Source: the human T2T-CHM13v2.0 reference genome, Homo sapiens. Taken from it: DNA of 64,000 nt. The notes under the pieces were generated by a model. The model had not been told where the DNA came from. It saw nothing but the letters and a program-made list of their open reading frames with translations, and searched no databases. Made by a program: the position numbers and the translations under genes. Position 1 is the first letter of the stretch; each line of letters begins with the position of its first letter. The stretch lies in assembly GCF_009914755.1 (NCBI RefSeq), contig NC_060928.1. One strand, 5' to 3'. Shown here piece after piece: positions 43,701-58,793 of the stretch.

Positions 43701-46700
43701 ATGGCATGCAGTGGGCATCTAGGCAGCACTTAAATACTTAATTTATTGGCTTTGGTCATTTTGAATATTGCTATTAACTTTGAATTGAATGTTGCAATTA
43801 AAAATGAAGGCCAATAAGATCCATAAAAATATATCTGCATATTCAGTTTAGATCCTGAATTCAACAATTTTCTTCTAAACTTTGTTTACATTCATATAGT
43901 GCCTAGTGCCTATACAGCTCCCTGAGATAGGTAGGTGAGATATTACTATCTTTGACTTTCATATTACATTTCACATCAGACATATTTGTGAAATAAATTT
44001 TATAAGTAGTCTGAAGCCCAGAGAGGCTAAGTGACTAATCCAGGGTCTCTTGGTTAGTATTTGGCATAGACAGAACTACAATTTTGGGCTTCTTTCTGAT
44101 TCTGGTTCTCATCTAGTACCTTTTCATTTCAGTGCTGGAAAATGTATCCCAGTCAACTGAATTGCGGAGTCGTATTGCCGCCCCCTTACCAACGAAGTGA
44201 TGGCAATAGTAGGAAGAGGGGCAAAGGAAAAGTCAGAAATATAAGTGATAAAATAAATGGAAATGTTTGAAATGGATCATCAACCTCCTTTTCCCTATTT
44301 TAGCACCTCACAAATATCCCACTCTGACAATGCTTTGTTAGTTATTTATAAAATATTCCTTAGGAGATTGATCTTGCATAAGACATGCTTTTACCGTGGT
44401 CCTTTTCCTGGTAATAGTCACTGTCAGGGACAAAAAGTGCCTGATTGTGTTCTGTTTGTCATGTAGGTGGGAGGGAAAGAGGGAGAGAAAGCTGAGTTGA
44501 ACTGAAGCAGAGCTTTTTACAGCTCCATTGTTCTACTATCAGAGAGCAATTATACTCCAACTTCCATCCACCTCAGACATCCCAACCTCCTCCTCCTGCC
44601 AATGCTTCCCCACACACTTAACATACAGCCGCACAACTGAGTTCTCCAGAGAGAATAGGGTGCTCTTTAATACCTCCCTCTGCCCTTCAGTGAGTTCAGG
44701 GCTCTGCTTTTTAACTGCTAATATATTTTAGTAAAGTTTGGCAATTCAAGCTTTTCTAGATGTTTCCTTTTCAGCTCTGGAAAATTGGAAAAATAATTTT
44801 TAACTATATATGTTTAAAATATTCAATGGCATTATGATATTGTCTGAAAGGCATTCTGTGACTTGATGCAAGATCAGAAGTTTTTTTTTTTTCTTGGAGA
44901 AGTAAGTAATACAAAGAAAAAAGAGATAGAAGTTTTTATCTCACAAGATACCTCATATTCAGTTCTACATACTGAAGACCTAATCCAAGTTCTTACATGT
45001 CTATAGGGCAAATGTTAACATTTTTAAAAAGCTCTATTTATTTGGTAATATGAACATATGTTTGTAGATTAGTCTACTGTTTCCATACCTAATAAAAGTT
45101 TAAATTCCAGACATGTGAAGAAAATTTGCAGTGTGTCTCTTTGCCTTAGCTAACTGCAAAAATTGAAATCACAACCCTACCATAGACCCAAACGTGTTTC
45201 CAACTGAGAAAGTCTTCTACCTTCACAGCCTCTAAGTAATATAGTGGTTATTTGTTTGAAGGATGTGAGAGTATTTTGTTGAGAAACTGTAGAATGACAT
45301 AACAAATTTTAGTTAAAATGTTAGTTATGGTTGACTCTGTACTTCTGATATCCTGGATTTGTTTATGAGAGCAATGCTAGTAAGATGCCTGCTTCTGAAT
45401 GCAAGTTTGGCTGGGAAGACAGCAGAGAAATAGAAGAAATATTATAAAGTAATGGAGAAACCTCAAAACATTACAGCATGGATGTTGACTTTGAAAACAA
45501 CAGCTGCTGACGTGAACTTGGCAGAAATTTGTGAGTAATGGTGGGTGACTCATTGCAAGCAGGGGAGTCTTGCAGCTTTTGAGGTGAACAGGCAAAGGGG
45601 AGAACAGTGATGGTGGCCACCCAAGGGCCAAGTATTTATGTCCTAAATGTCAAAATGTCTTTGATCTCCTGTTAAACTTTGCAGCTGCATCATTCACATG
45701 AATGGTTGCATTTTTTTTTTCTAAAAATACAACATATTTTCTAAAGCATTTGTTTTTAATCTGGGATGATTCTGAGGTGGGAGGTAAGTTGGTGGCAGGA
45801 CATATTACATGACTTTTGTTATTATTATTATTTTTAAAAATCACGCATTGCTGGCTTTCTCCTATACTCCTGGAGATGCCATCATGTATGTATAGCTAAT
45901 TCTAAAAAGGGCTTGTGTGACTCTTCATGTGAGAAGGGGTGGTTATTTGTGGCTTGAAAAAATTGCTTGGGTGATTCTGATCTTTCTCTTTCACGCTGCT
46001 GAAAACCATTGTTTCAAAGCCAATAATAAATATCTAAAGAAGTTTTACTTCATTTCTGTGGTGTTCTCAGAATTGTTACAGCAGGTTTAAACCTTTGCCT
46101 GGTTTGGAAATCTTGACTATTTGAGAGAGACAGCCCTGTTAGAGTCTTTGTTTTCTTCCTGTCTGAGAATTCAGTTATCATCAATAGTGTATTCTTAGGC
46201 AGAGTCAGAAAGTCACCTCATCTGAGAAGCCACCTGTGTCCACAGCTGGGAATTTGCAGAAGTCAGTCACTGAAGGAAGGCTTTAGGATATCTATGATAA
46301 AACATAGCAGTACACTGGGATCCAAACCCTGGGAAACCTCAACTATTTTAGAGTATGTGTTGATAACAATAGGCTATTGGATAATTGCCAGACTACTTGA
46401 GGAGTCTAAGAGTTGCATAAAGACTTAAAGGTGAAAGGAACTTGGAAAAATATCTTCTTCAGGTATTTTAAGGGAGACAGTTCTCAGAATGAGAAGCTTT
46501 TCTGGAAAAGGCTAGCACTTTGCTTCAGAAGAGAAGCAGGGCAAAGGTGTAATTCTTCATTTAATGTGGTACAACCTAAAGGGTAAACCTTTACCTCTCA
46601 CTTAACTAGTTATTCCTAGTATGTATATGTATATATGTCTCACATCTATAGTTTTAGACATTATGCATCATTTTCTGTTCTGCTTCTGAATGAGAAGCCA

Positions 46701-47729
46701 TCTAACACAAAGCCACACAGGGAATGGAAATTTATGGAAAGGGCATTCGTTTTGAAAATGGACGTTTGCAGAAGGGGTGATGTATTTGTAAGTGACTCTC
46801 GGTACAGAGAACACTTAACAAAATTCAGTGTTTTTTCTTACTTATTCCTTTAAGCCTTTGAATAAAGTCTTCTTTGCAGGGTTTCTGTAGTACATCAGAA
46901 AAAGGAGGAGCTGAAAATAGGTTTAAGAGAGCACCAATGTGGGCATTGATTGTTGTATGGCAACTGTCTTAAAGTGAATTCTCCAATGCAGGGAATTTTA
47001 ATTCCTAAGTTCTTAAGCAAATATAAACACTCCTGACTCTTAAATCATGACATTCTTTCTGGGGCAGAGTTGCTTTTGCTTCCACTTTCAAGCATTGAAA
47101 ATTCTTTTATGATAGTTTTGCTAATCCTCAGTATAACATTCTTCCTTTGTTGCACCTTCTAAATTATTAAACTAGAAGCAAATATAGAATAAGTATTACC
47201 TTGCTATCGTATATAGACATGCAGTGTTACATGGTTAGAAAGTTTGCATGGGTTGCATATATCTACGCATTTTCCCCTTTCCCTGGTTTCTTACTGTTTC
47301 CTTTACAGGTAGAATGAGAATATCTGTCTTATACTATAAAGTGTTTCTCCAGTTCTCTCCCTCCAGACGTGAATGTTCTGCCATCTTTTTGGCTTCTAGA
47401 CTTATCAGTGCTTTTCCTTTCTTAGACTGGGTGTAACTAATTCCCTACACACACACCTTCAAGAGGGCATAGGGAGTAGAGTGGCACCTCCTTATTCTCC
47501 CACTTCAGCTGTAGGCTTTCCCTGTGGAGGTAAAGCCTTGCGCTAATTCATTTGTTAGGCCCCTTAAAAACTCTCAAGCGGTGAGGAAGTAGAACTGATG
47601 TGCACTTGTAGTAGGCAAGCCCTCAGAGAGTCAGGTGCTTCAACTAGTGCTGATTCTGGGGTTTGGGGTTTGCTTAATTTTAGAGGTTATATTCATGTTG
47701 AGTACCTGTTTCATGGCTTCGTGTACCAT

Positions 47730-48735
47730 CCATGTAACCAGTGATTCCCACATTTCTGACTCCAGCTAAACTTTTCTCTCCAGCTCTAGACTCCAATATT
47801 TATCTGGTGATTTGATGCCTTCACTTGGATGTCTGATGTTTTAAAACCATTAGGTATAAAAACAGCTCTTGATCTCTGCCTATCTCAAACAGTTTCCACC
47901 TGCAGCCTTCTTCATCTCAATGAACAGAAACTCAGTCCTTTCTCTTGTTCAGGCCAAAAGACTTGGAGTCATTCTGACTTTCTTTGACATGTCATATGGT
48001 TGTTTCAACAGATCTCGTTGGCTGTATCTTCAAAATGTCCAGAACCCAGCCAGTTTTCATCACCTCCACTGCGACTGTCCTCCCTAAGCCACTGTCATTT
48101 TTTAGTGAATTATTGTAATATCCTGCTAAATAGTTGCCCCCTTTTCATCTTTGACCCGTGTAGAGTGTTCTCAACCAGCAGCCAAAGTGGTCTTTGGAAA
48201 ACGTAAGTCGGATTGTATCACTCTTTTGCAGTGTCTCCTCATTTCACTCAAAGTGAAAGGCCTTAGGATATCCTAAAAGGCCCTTTGTGATCTGCACTCC
48301 CCTCTCCTGCTCAGCCCCAGCCTTTTGCCAAAGCTGCATGGGTCACAGTTCCTGGAACATACCAGGTACATATTGGCCTTTGCTGTAGTTACTACTTCCA
48401 TCCGGATGTTCCCACACCCCCTAGTCTTTTGTTCAAATCTCAGTTCTCAACTAGGCCTTCCCTGAGCACCCTATTTACTGCAGATTACACCCCTCCACCG
48501 TCCCCACATTTCTCTCTCTCTTCACGCTGCCCTGCTTTTTCTACTTCCATAACACCATTTCCCAACATGCCAGTTGCTTCCCTGACTTGTGCTGTCTTTC
48601 CCTTTCCCCCCACCAGACTCCAAGCTCTATGAGGACAGGGATCTTTGTTTTATTCACTGATATATTCCAAGTGCCTTAAGAGTAGTGATTGGTACATGGT
48701 TGGTACTAAAAACAATTGCTGAATGAATTAATGAA
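47730..48735 (+). mobile_element. L2 3' portion (~1 kb)
   Basis: TCACTTGGATGTCT, CAGGCCAAAAGACTTGGAGTCATTCTGAC, AAGCTCTATGAGGACAGGGA and terminal TGAATGAATTAATGAA. Confidence 0.8.
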
Positions 48736-49189
48736 CGATAATGTTTAAAAATGAATCATCCTTTTAGAAATGGGTCAGGAAAGGAAGAGAAGTGCAGCAA
48801 TTAATAATGATGTTTGCTTGTTCTTTGATATATATACAAGTATGATATTTTTAGACTTCATTTTTTAAGCCTAGTTAAAAAATTGGTGCCCTGATTTTTT
48901 ATGTAATAGCTTTATTGAGGTATAATTTACATACCATAAATCCACCCATTATAATTGTGCAATCTAATGATTTTTATTAAATTTATAAAGTTTTATAACC
49001 ATTGCTTCAAAAAGTTGTCTTGTGTTCATTAATTTGCAGTTAATTCTTGCCCCCCTCCTCATGGGACCCTGATTTTTTTGGTTAATTTTATGTCCTAAGT
49101 CTTGAAAGAATAATTCATGTAGCAATGCTAGTATAGCCTTGTGTGCTTAAAAAATGTAAATTTAAATATTCACTGTTCAGTGTAGGAAA

Positions 49190-49415
49190 TGGTATTGAAA
49201 TATTAGTGAAAAGAACAAGATGGAGAATCAGACTGGCCATACTCTTACCCAGCCCTACCATTTACCCCGTTACTCAAACTATTCTCTTCATCTGTTAAAT
49301 GGGGATAATAATAGTAATTTGCTCAGAGAGTTGTTGTGAGGATTAACCAAATAATGAAAGTAAACTACTCAGCACAGGGCTGCCATATGGTAAATACTCA
49401 ATAACTATTAACTAA
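49190..49415 (+). mobile_element. MIR
   Basis: TTCATCTGTTAAATGGGGATAATAATAGTA..GTTGTTGTGAGGATTAA core. Confidence 0.8.
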
Positions 49416-49920
49416 CATGATTAATCTCGATTAATCTCTTGTTAGTATAGGTCAAAATATATGGGGTTAATATATCCTGGCAGGTAGAGAGCAAAATTTA
49501 AATCAGATTCTAAGTTTCTGAAGTTTGTGTAAAATATGATCCTGCTCTGTCTTGGTTTGTTAATAACGTATGACTATAGAAGTTTGTAAAAGCAAGTTAA
49601 TTTCCAATGGAGAAGATCATTTCTCAACAGTTTTATTTGGAGATATCTGCTAAGCCACTTCTGCTGAATATTCTGTGTTGATCTTTGACGGAACTTGGAC
49701 ACCAGGGAGGTAATTACCCACTTTTTAATTGAAACCATAGTGTCCATCAGAAACTGTTCTTAATTGTCTTAACCTTACATTGGGATATTCTGTCCATGAG
49801 ACTTCCTCTAAATAAGTAGGGGAAGGAGACATTCATTGTCTCTCTTGTAGCTTGATAAGCTGAACTAAATGATCTTTAATAAGATCTTTTTCTGTTTTTG
49901 TTCTTTTCTTTTATGTACAG

Positions 49921-50046
49921 ATGCACAAAGCAGGGTCATCAGAAGCCTCTCGATTCAAAAGATGATAATACCGAAAAACACTGCCCAGTGACAGTGAATC
50001 CTTGGCATATGAAGAAAGCTTTCAAAGTCATGAACGAATTAAGAAG
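49921..50046 (+). CDS. KLHL2: KLHL2 exon 2 (126 nt; CTKQGHQKPLDSKDDNTEKHCPVTVNPWHMKKAFKVMNELR)
   Basis: Long polypyrimidine tract ending TACAG at 49920; donor AG|GTATCA at 50047; phase 2-2; 'AFKVMNELR' is the typical pre-BTB helix of KLHL proteins. Confidence 0.96.
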
Positions 50047-50229
50047 GTATCATTATACTAATGTACATGCAACCATTGGTTTCGTCCCTTTATTTTTCAG
50101 TTGTTTGTAGTGAATATATAATCAACCTTCCATTGTTGCTTTGTCTGGTACACAGAACATTAAAAGCTTTTTCTGCAAGTTTTTTAAAGGAAAAGAGCAA
50201 ATAATTTATCAGAAGTGTGGATGGTGTGG

Positions 50230-50670
<441 letters not shown>

Positions 50671-51089
50671 GGTCTAGGGCTTCTAACTTACTGTGGCAAA
50701 GAGTATGGAAAGAAACTTTTAGAGAAAAATGTAACCATTGTTTTGTGGGAGTGGTGGTAGTTTTGGGGGGCAGTGACCTGCCTGTTGCTGAGGTAATTCT
50801 CAAGTGTACTAAGGATCACTGCAACTTTTAAGTAGTATTAAAAGTTGATTGAAAAATGAGTAGCTTTTTTTTTAATTAAAAGGGTAATATATGTATTAAG
50901 AGTCTTGGTTTTATTTTCTTAGCACTTTATGAAAGATCTGCTTTTTCCCAGCATTCCGTTTGTGAAAGTACTCTACGTATATCTATCTGAAATGCTGAAA
51001 GCCTGGCTAAGAAGGGATTAAACCTTCCCTTAATCTTTCTGTGCTGCCTAAAAGCTCTCCCTTTTAGGCCCATCATTTGTTTGTTTCTT

Positions 51090-51700
51090 CTTTAATTAAA
51101 TTAGGGATTCAATAAATATTTATCTGCTAGGTACTGTAGGTACAATGGTGAGCAAGAACAAATATGGTTGCCACCCTTGTGGGCCCATAGCTGACTGCAG
51201 GAAGCAGGCATTCATCAAAGAATCACAAAAATAATTTACTGTAATGATAGTAAGTGTTGCAGAGGAGGGCTGCTGGTGCTAGAAAGGTGGATAACAGTGG
51301 TCAGGAAAGGCTTTCTTGAGAAGACAGGAATAATTATGCTGATATCTAGAAGGAAAAGAAGATAAGGGGATAAAGTCAGGATGGGAGTGAGGAGAGGGAG
51401 AACAGTGTTCCAGGCATTGGGAATGCTGTGCCACATCTTAGGGTAGGAAGGAGCTGGCCTCATCGGAGGAACTGACAGTGTTGCTGCAGTGCACGTGGCG
51501 GTGGAATCACACAGGAGAGGCAGCTGAGTAGGTAGGAGGGGCCATTGGACTGAGGTCCTGAAATTTTGGTCTTAATCAAGAGTTGCCTTGAGAGAAAGCC
51601 AGTGGAGAGTGTTAAGCGGGAATGTGACCTGATCAGATTTATATTTTGAACACACTGGCTGCTGGGTGGAGAATGGATTGGAGAGAGATAAGAGAAAGTT
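51090..51700 (-). mobile_element. L2 fragment (other L2 pieces at ~31430-31700, 34960-35570, 42115-43330, 53165-53710, 63590-63800)
   Basis: ATTCAATAAATATTTA..CTAGGTACTG..GGTGGTCAGGAAAGGCTT antisense L2 pattern. Confidence 0.7.
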
Positions 51701-53838
51701 AAACTGAATATTGGATCATTTAATTTGCTTTCTAGTACCGCTTTGACAACATTTTCAGAATGTGGGTTTTCACTTATTCTTTGGGAGAATATATAACTGG
51801 GATAATCCAGCAAGTCTGAGGGTGCTGTTTCAGGATTTTAATCCTGTTTTGACAGTAGTTATTAGAATGTAAAATGCATTGGTTACTAAGTGGAACTGCA
51901 AGAAAAGTAAGAAAAATAGTCTGGTTGTTTTAAGACTGGGATCTTTAATGGCTCTTTTTTCTCTTTGAGAAGTCTAAAAAGACTGACTTTTAATAGGACT
52001 ATTCAAATGTTCTTTTTCCCCACTCCTATGGGTGGGGCACGGGTAGCCTTGGCTTTCTGCTGGTGTTAATGTGAGTGGGTCTCTGTTGACCTGGGCATGA
52101 CTCACTAAACTGCAGGGAAGGTAACACCAAGTGCTCCTTCCCTTGGGGTGAATGACCTGAGTTTTGGGACAGACTCTGGTCTCGAGCCAATTATTTTACT
52201 TGTTTGAGCCTGACTAAAATGAGAGGAATGGACAGGATGGTGTCTAAGGTTCAGTGCTGCTCTGACATTCTCAGCCTAGAGATGTTTTTCCTGCTTACCT
52301 GCAAGCCCTGTGGTGTCCTTGCCTGGCCCTAGGATTATTTATAAGCTCCAGTCTTCATTCATCTGTTTGCCCCTTTTTGGATGTGAACTCTATAACTGTG
52401 AGATAGTACCTTCTTGTTCTTTGTGTGGCACCCTTTCAGCAGCTGGGTCTGGTATGTCACTGGGCTGGTAGTCGATGCTGATTTTCAGAACAAAGAATGA
52501 CCTTTGAATAGCCAGAGTGTTGGCTGCCAGGTCTATAACCCGGATTGTTTTAATGAAAGTGCCAACAACAACAGTATTTTTAAAAATGGACTGTCGTTGG
52601 AGTTCATCAGACCTTTTTAAAAATGTCATTCCCTTCCACTCTTAAATCTTATAGCCATTTTGAGTAATTCTTTAAAAAAAAATCTCTAAAGAGGCCTATT
52701 CCTTATACAGCTGAAAATCATTAATTATTTCCTGTCCTTGCGTCAACTTCCTCTTGCCCAGAAAGGGTAGCTGAGAGTGGTTTCCTGACTTCTGGGAAGG
52801 GAAAACTTCCTTGTTCTCACCACTCTGCCCTTGGGCTCTAACCTCAAAGTGGTAGAGCAACAGCTGTACTCCGAACAATGTTAATGTGAACCTTTGGCTA
52901 ATGGAAGCAAAATTTTAGGAATAAAAGTCACTTTCAATTATGGCTGATGTAAGGTGTGGTTGTGGGAATGGGGGTAGGAAGACAGGAGTTCTGTAAGGTT
53001 TAAGTTACAGAATTAAAATTGTTTGATAGAAAAAGTACATGACATTTTATTGTTTTCTTAAACTAATTGTTTTTAGACAGGAGGCCCAGAGACCTAGCTT
53101 TATATCCCAGCCTGGTAAGAGCTTGAATATCTTGAAATTATTTGGTTTAAAAACCCTGCAGTCATATGTAAACAATGTATTCAACAAGTATTGGTGAGCA
53201 CCTAATCAGCTAATATGCCTGAAAGGCTGTGTGGGATCCAAAAACAGTATCAGACTTAGGCCATGCCCTCTGAGTGTCTAGAGAGCTGCTGGACACATAC
53301 AGAGAGGAGGATGAGGCAGTGAAAAAGTGTGCAAATCGTGGGTGCCCAAAAGAATTCTCATGGGGAAAATTCACACAGCCCACAGAGGTGGGCTTCAGTT
53401 GGGCCTTGATGGGAGTGCAGCAGGATTCACTGAGGGGATGGAGTGGGAAGGTCTTCCTGGCATGATTAATTGCACAAGCCAGGGAGGGAATAAACGTCAT
53501 CTGTTGGATAAAGTGAATCAAGGGTTCATCCTGGGGAGTCTGTGCAGAAAAGGTTAGGAAGCAAGAGAAGAGCAGAATTGTGGCAGGCTTGAATAGTATG
53601 ATGAATTCGGACTTAATCCTCTGGGCAGTGGGATTCAGTGAAGGCTTTTGAGAAACGGAGCATCATGCTAAGATTAATGATGTTGGAGTTGTGAAAGGAT
53701 GGCTTTTAGGTCAGCAGTGCATCTCTGGTGGGAAATTCAGATCTTAACTCTAAATTTCCCAAGTGTGGATGGGGGAAATTTTTCAAAACACCAACATTTT
53801 CAAAATCAACCCAATAGATCTTCACAGAATGCTTATAA

Positions 53839-54124
<286 letters not shown>

Positions 54125-57100
54125 TAAGTTTTATTGACAAAATTAGATTGCTAGCTTTTGGAGAAGACCAAAGAGCAACTGTTGAAAGGTGGCATTTTGT
54201 GTTTAAAATAAATTAAAAAAAAAAAAACCTACTGTTTTTTAGGCTATAGGATAAGACTGTACTTGAGCTTTAACAATTTCAATGAGTATTAGTGGTGGGG
54301 GCACAACCTATTAGCTTTATTTACAAGGAATGTAAGTTTGATCCTTAATATTTAGGAGTTGAAAGTGTTCAGTAAGGATGAATCATATGAAGCAATTCAA
54401 ATGTTCACCTTTATATCCTGTACAACCCATAAATATTGAGTTGTTCGTTCATAACAGCAGTTCTTAACATTCCAGAAGATATTTAAGCAAAATAGCCTGA
54501 CCTGCCCTCTTAAAGGAATGGTTATTGTGTTTTTCCTCCAGGATTTTAGGCATCATGGGACCTATATCACTACTAGGATTAGATTATCTGATGTGCATCC
54601 ATAAAAACATTTGATTTGTGGCTGTTGAATTTTGGCTAAATTGTTATTGTGGCTGTTGTATGAATTCATACTTTGTTGCTTAGATGGCAAGTGAATTAAA
54701 CAGTGAACTTAAGTGAGTCTCCCTTTTTCTTCAGGTATACCTGAGATATTTTGATACAGGTTTATAATGTATAATAATCACATTAGAGTAAATGGGATAT
54801 CCATGACCTCAAGCATTTATCCTTGGTGTTATAAACAATCCAGTTATAATCTTTTAGTTATTTTTAAATGTATCATTAAATTATTATTGACTACAGTCAC
54901 CCTATTGTGAGACATATTTTACTTTTAAGAAGATAGACACCGTGCATTTTAAAAGCAGTGACAGGTTTTTCTCAGTCTTAGGAATTCATTCATTTTATAT
55001 CAGAAGACCCAAGGATGCCTTAGTATGTTCAGGCATGTTTCATACCTTTTCAAAGCAGTTTCTTTTTTTCCTGGGAAGGACCAATTTTCATGATATAATT
55101 TTATTTAGGAGATGGAGTGCCTTTCTTTATTCTGTGCTATTTGAGTTTTATATTAAGCCTATCTAACTCCTGTTCTTTTCCCTTTAGATTTGAGCTTAGA
55201 AGCCACTTTCATTCTGAAGCTTTTCCATAAGGTTGGGCCTAGCTTCTCCTGTGTGTTTCCAAATATCCCACACTTGCCCCATCTTAAAGTCATGGGTTCA
55301 TTTTATAATCACTTATTTCCTTGTCTGTCTCCCTCACATGACTGTAAACTTCATACTGTCATGGCTGTTAATCTTGTTTATTTTGGTAAGCTCACACAGT
55401 CCTTGATAAGTGAATGAATACATGCAAATTTTGCTAAATAACAACTTATTTATACCATTATTTTGGAGGCGTTGTTTTCCTACAGTTTATTCCCTCATTA
55501 GATTTCAAGTAATAGGAACATAAACTTAGAAATTCACCATGGAAGACTTTGCATATGGGCTGCTAAAAGAAGTTTTTCTTATTTTTAGTGCCAGACTTTT
55601 CATTCGTAGCTGTCTCACTCAAAACATTCAGCTTCTTGTAAGCATGCAAATTTGGAAAGAGGTAAGGGCCAGACTCAGTGTACACACACTGATATACACT
55701 CATTTTATACTCAGTGACCCAAACTAGTAAGAGTTTGTTAGCTCTCTCATCTCTGAATGCTGTTTTAAAATATGTTATTACTGAAGACAAATAAAAAATT
55801 GAATACTAAAACTAAACATGTCCTTAATTTGTAAAGTGTCTCTGAGACCTAACCCAGGATGTGGCTGCATAATATTTTAGCAGTGTTTTAACCTTATTAG
55901 TTAACTAACATCAACTAATAAGTCAGTAAGGCCAAGTTAATTATGTAAGTGACAGCCAGCAGGTATTATGTTAGAAGGTTTGGATCAATGAATAATTGTA
56001 ATTGAAACCAAATGTAATTAGTTATGTGATTTTTGAGGTGTTCAGGTGTAATTCCACTTGTGTTCCATCTTGAAACTAAAGCACTAGGAAGGATTACTGA
56101 CAAAAGGAAAATAGGCATAAAGATGCACTTGACTCATGTTTGAGTTGTGTTCAAATCCCCAGGTCACAAAAGAGAAACCTGGATTGCTTTATTCTAGAGA
56201 GACCATGCATGCTCTGCTGACCCTGCTTACCTGCCTCCAGAGTTTCTTCGCTCCCACCCTTCTCTGTCCCCACTCTTCTTGGCCCACAGTTCCGCATTCT
56301 GCTTTGCTGCTTCAGGTCTCCATGCGATAGTACATCATGTTCTCTTTGGGATTCTTTTGCTCCTTCTCGATCCAGCTAACTCTTACTTGTTTTTAGAACT
56401 CAGCTTAAGGCCAATAGCTGCAGGAAGCCCTTTCTGATCCCCAGTCTGATTTAAATGCAGCCCCCCACCCCAGCCTTTCCATAACATCTTTATTACGGTG
56501 CTTTCCACTTTATCCTATAATTTTTGCATTGCCAGTTTTTTCTGCTCGTCTTCTTAAGGGCAGAGATGGTCTTGCAGTACTTTGTTGAATGAATGAACAA
56601 ACTTTGATTTTTAAAAATATTCTGTAGAGGTAGTGCTTAAAACCCACTAAAATTGGAGCTTTTATTAGCTATATATAGAACTTAAAAATACTTTCTAGTA
56701 TATATTATGTCAAAAAATAAATTATTTATTATTTATTTATTATTTCTCTTTCTTGTTTTATTCAAACTTTAACAGATCTTAAAACCGTATAGCTTTAGGT
56801 TTTGTGTAGTGGTCAAGAGGCTCTGGAGTCAGCCTGTGGATTCGAATCCTGGCACTGCCTCTAGTTGGAGGACTTTAACCTTGGTTTCCCCAGCTATAAA
56901 TTTGGGGATAAAAATAATACCTTATAACATTGTGGTGGGCACTAAATGAAATAATACATGCAGGTAAAACTCTTGCATAGTACCTTCCTGAAAACACTGC
57001 TGACACCACTGACTTTTCCACCCTAGTTATATGTGAACCCATAGAATTCATAGAATTGCAGAATGGTTTTATATTCTCAGAGCAGATGGTAAACTTTGTC

Positions 57101-57879
57101 AGTTCTCTAAAATGATCTGGAGGAATTATAAATTAGTGATACTGTGCCACCTTTTATGACTCCAATACGGGACCTGCTTTATGTCTCATACAGCATCATG
57201 AGCCATTAAACTGGTAACACACAAGCCATACCATAATCTAAATGGCATAGCAGTCTCATCAGCAATGAGGCCCTGGGATGCAGTCATCACTGATGCTGGG
57301 GTACTCTTTTTTTCTTCCATTTCTCCTAAACTGGAAGGAGAATAGTTACCAGTAGGCTCTCCAAAAAGTTTTGGCATGAACTTTATGGGAACAAGTTTGC
57401 AAGCAGTATGGACAGGTGGAAAACTTCAAGGACTTGGTCAAGCTCATGGGAAATGTTGCTTGTAAGCTACTAGAAAATTACAGAAGTAGGCAGGCCACCT
57501 TTTTAGGAAATAGAACAGTAGAGGAGGGTGCCAAGTGTGACCTGCATGCACTATGCACATAGACATAAATTCAGTGCTTGGGTATGTAAGGTGTGGAAGG
57601 GACATTTGCTTTCACCACACCTGTTTCAGTCATTCATAGTATGACTACTAGCAAGGCAGGTTTTAGGCTTTGGAGCCTTTTTGCTTGTTCTAGAATAAGC
57701 ATCAGCAACGTTTTCTGTTAAAAATATTCTGTGACATTATTAATTACCTGGAGAGTATGATCTGGCACCACGCATTGCATGTCAAAAATGCTCACCACAT
57801 GTTTTTGAGTGAATTATAATGGATGTTTTAAAATTAGAGATATAATAATTATGGTTGCTGAATAATGGTTTTGAGGTAA

Positions 57880-58227
<348 letters not shown>

Positions 58228-58793
58228 TGAAGGATGAGATATTTTGCATTGGTAAAATGTTGTGATTAAGTTAAGCTTCAAATGTGCAAAGCCTTTTAAG
58301 CAGCAAGTGTAACTGAATATAATTTTACCATTGCTTGATGAACTAGCGTCTTTTAAGATTTTTTTTTTTTTTGAGAGGGGATGGGTATTTGACCCAATTT
58401 AGTTTTCGGTATGTGTTTTTTCTTCATCTTCATGTCAGACTACACCTGCCACTTCTGCCACTACTTCTTATTCAGACACCCTCTTCTTTTGCAGTCCATT
58501 GATGGTTTGCTGCCAGTAATTGCCTTTAGGTTGAGAAATCAGTAATCAAGTTTGGGAGGATTTCTGTGTTTTTCAAAGGCAGGATTCTTAGTGAGAGTCC
58601 AAGGCATGTTGGACCTTTATCCCAGCTGTTTTCTATGTACTTCATGTTTAGGGATCATGTCCCAAAGGATGGCTGTCTTTTACGTTAGTCTCCACTTGAT
58701 GAAAGTGGGCTTTACTGTAATATTTTTGCATAGGATGTTCAATACATTCGTTGTTGATATCATTTAAATTTTTTCTCTCTGCTTTTTACACAG

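Noticed and set aside
56830-56860. tRNA-like B-box GGATTCGAATCC
   Set aside because: Part of the tRNA-derived head of a MIR SINE (~56790-56990); no cloverleaf.
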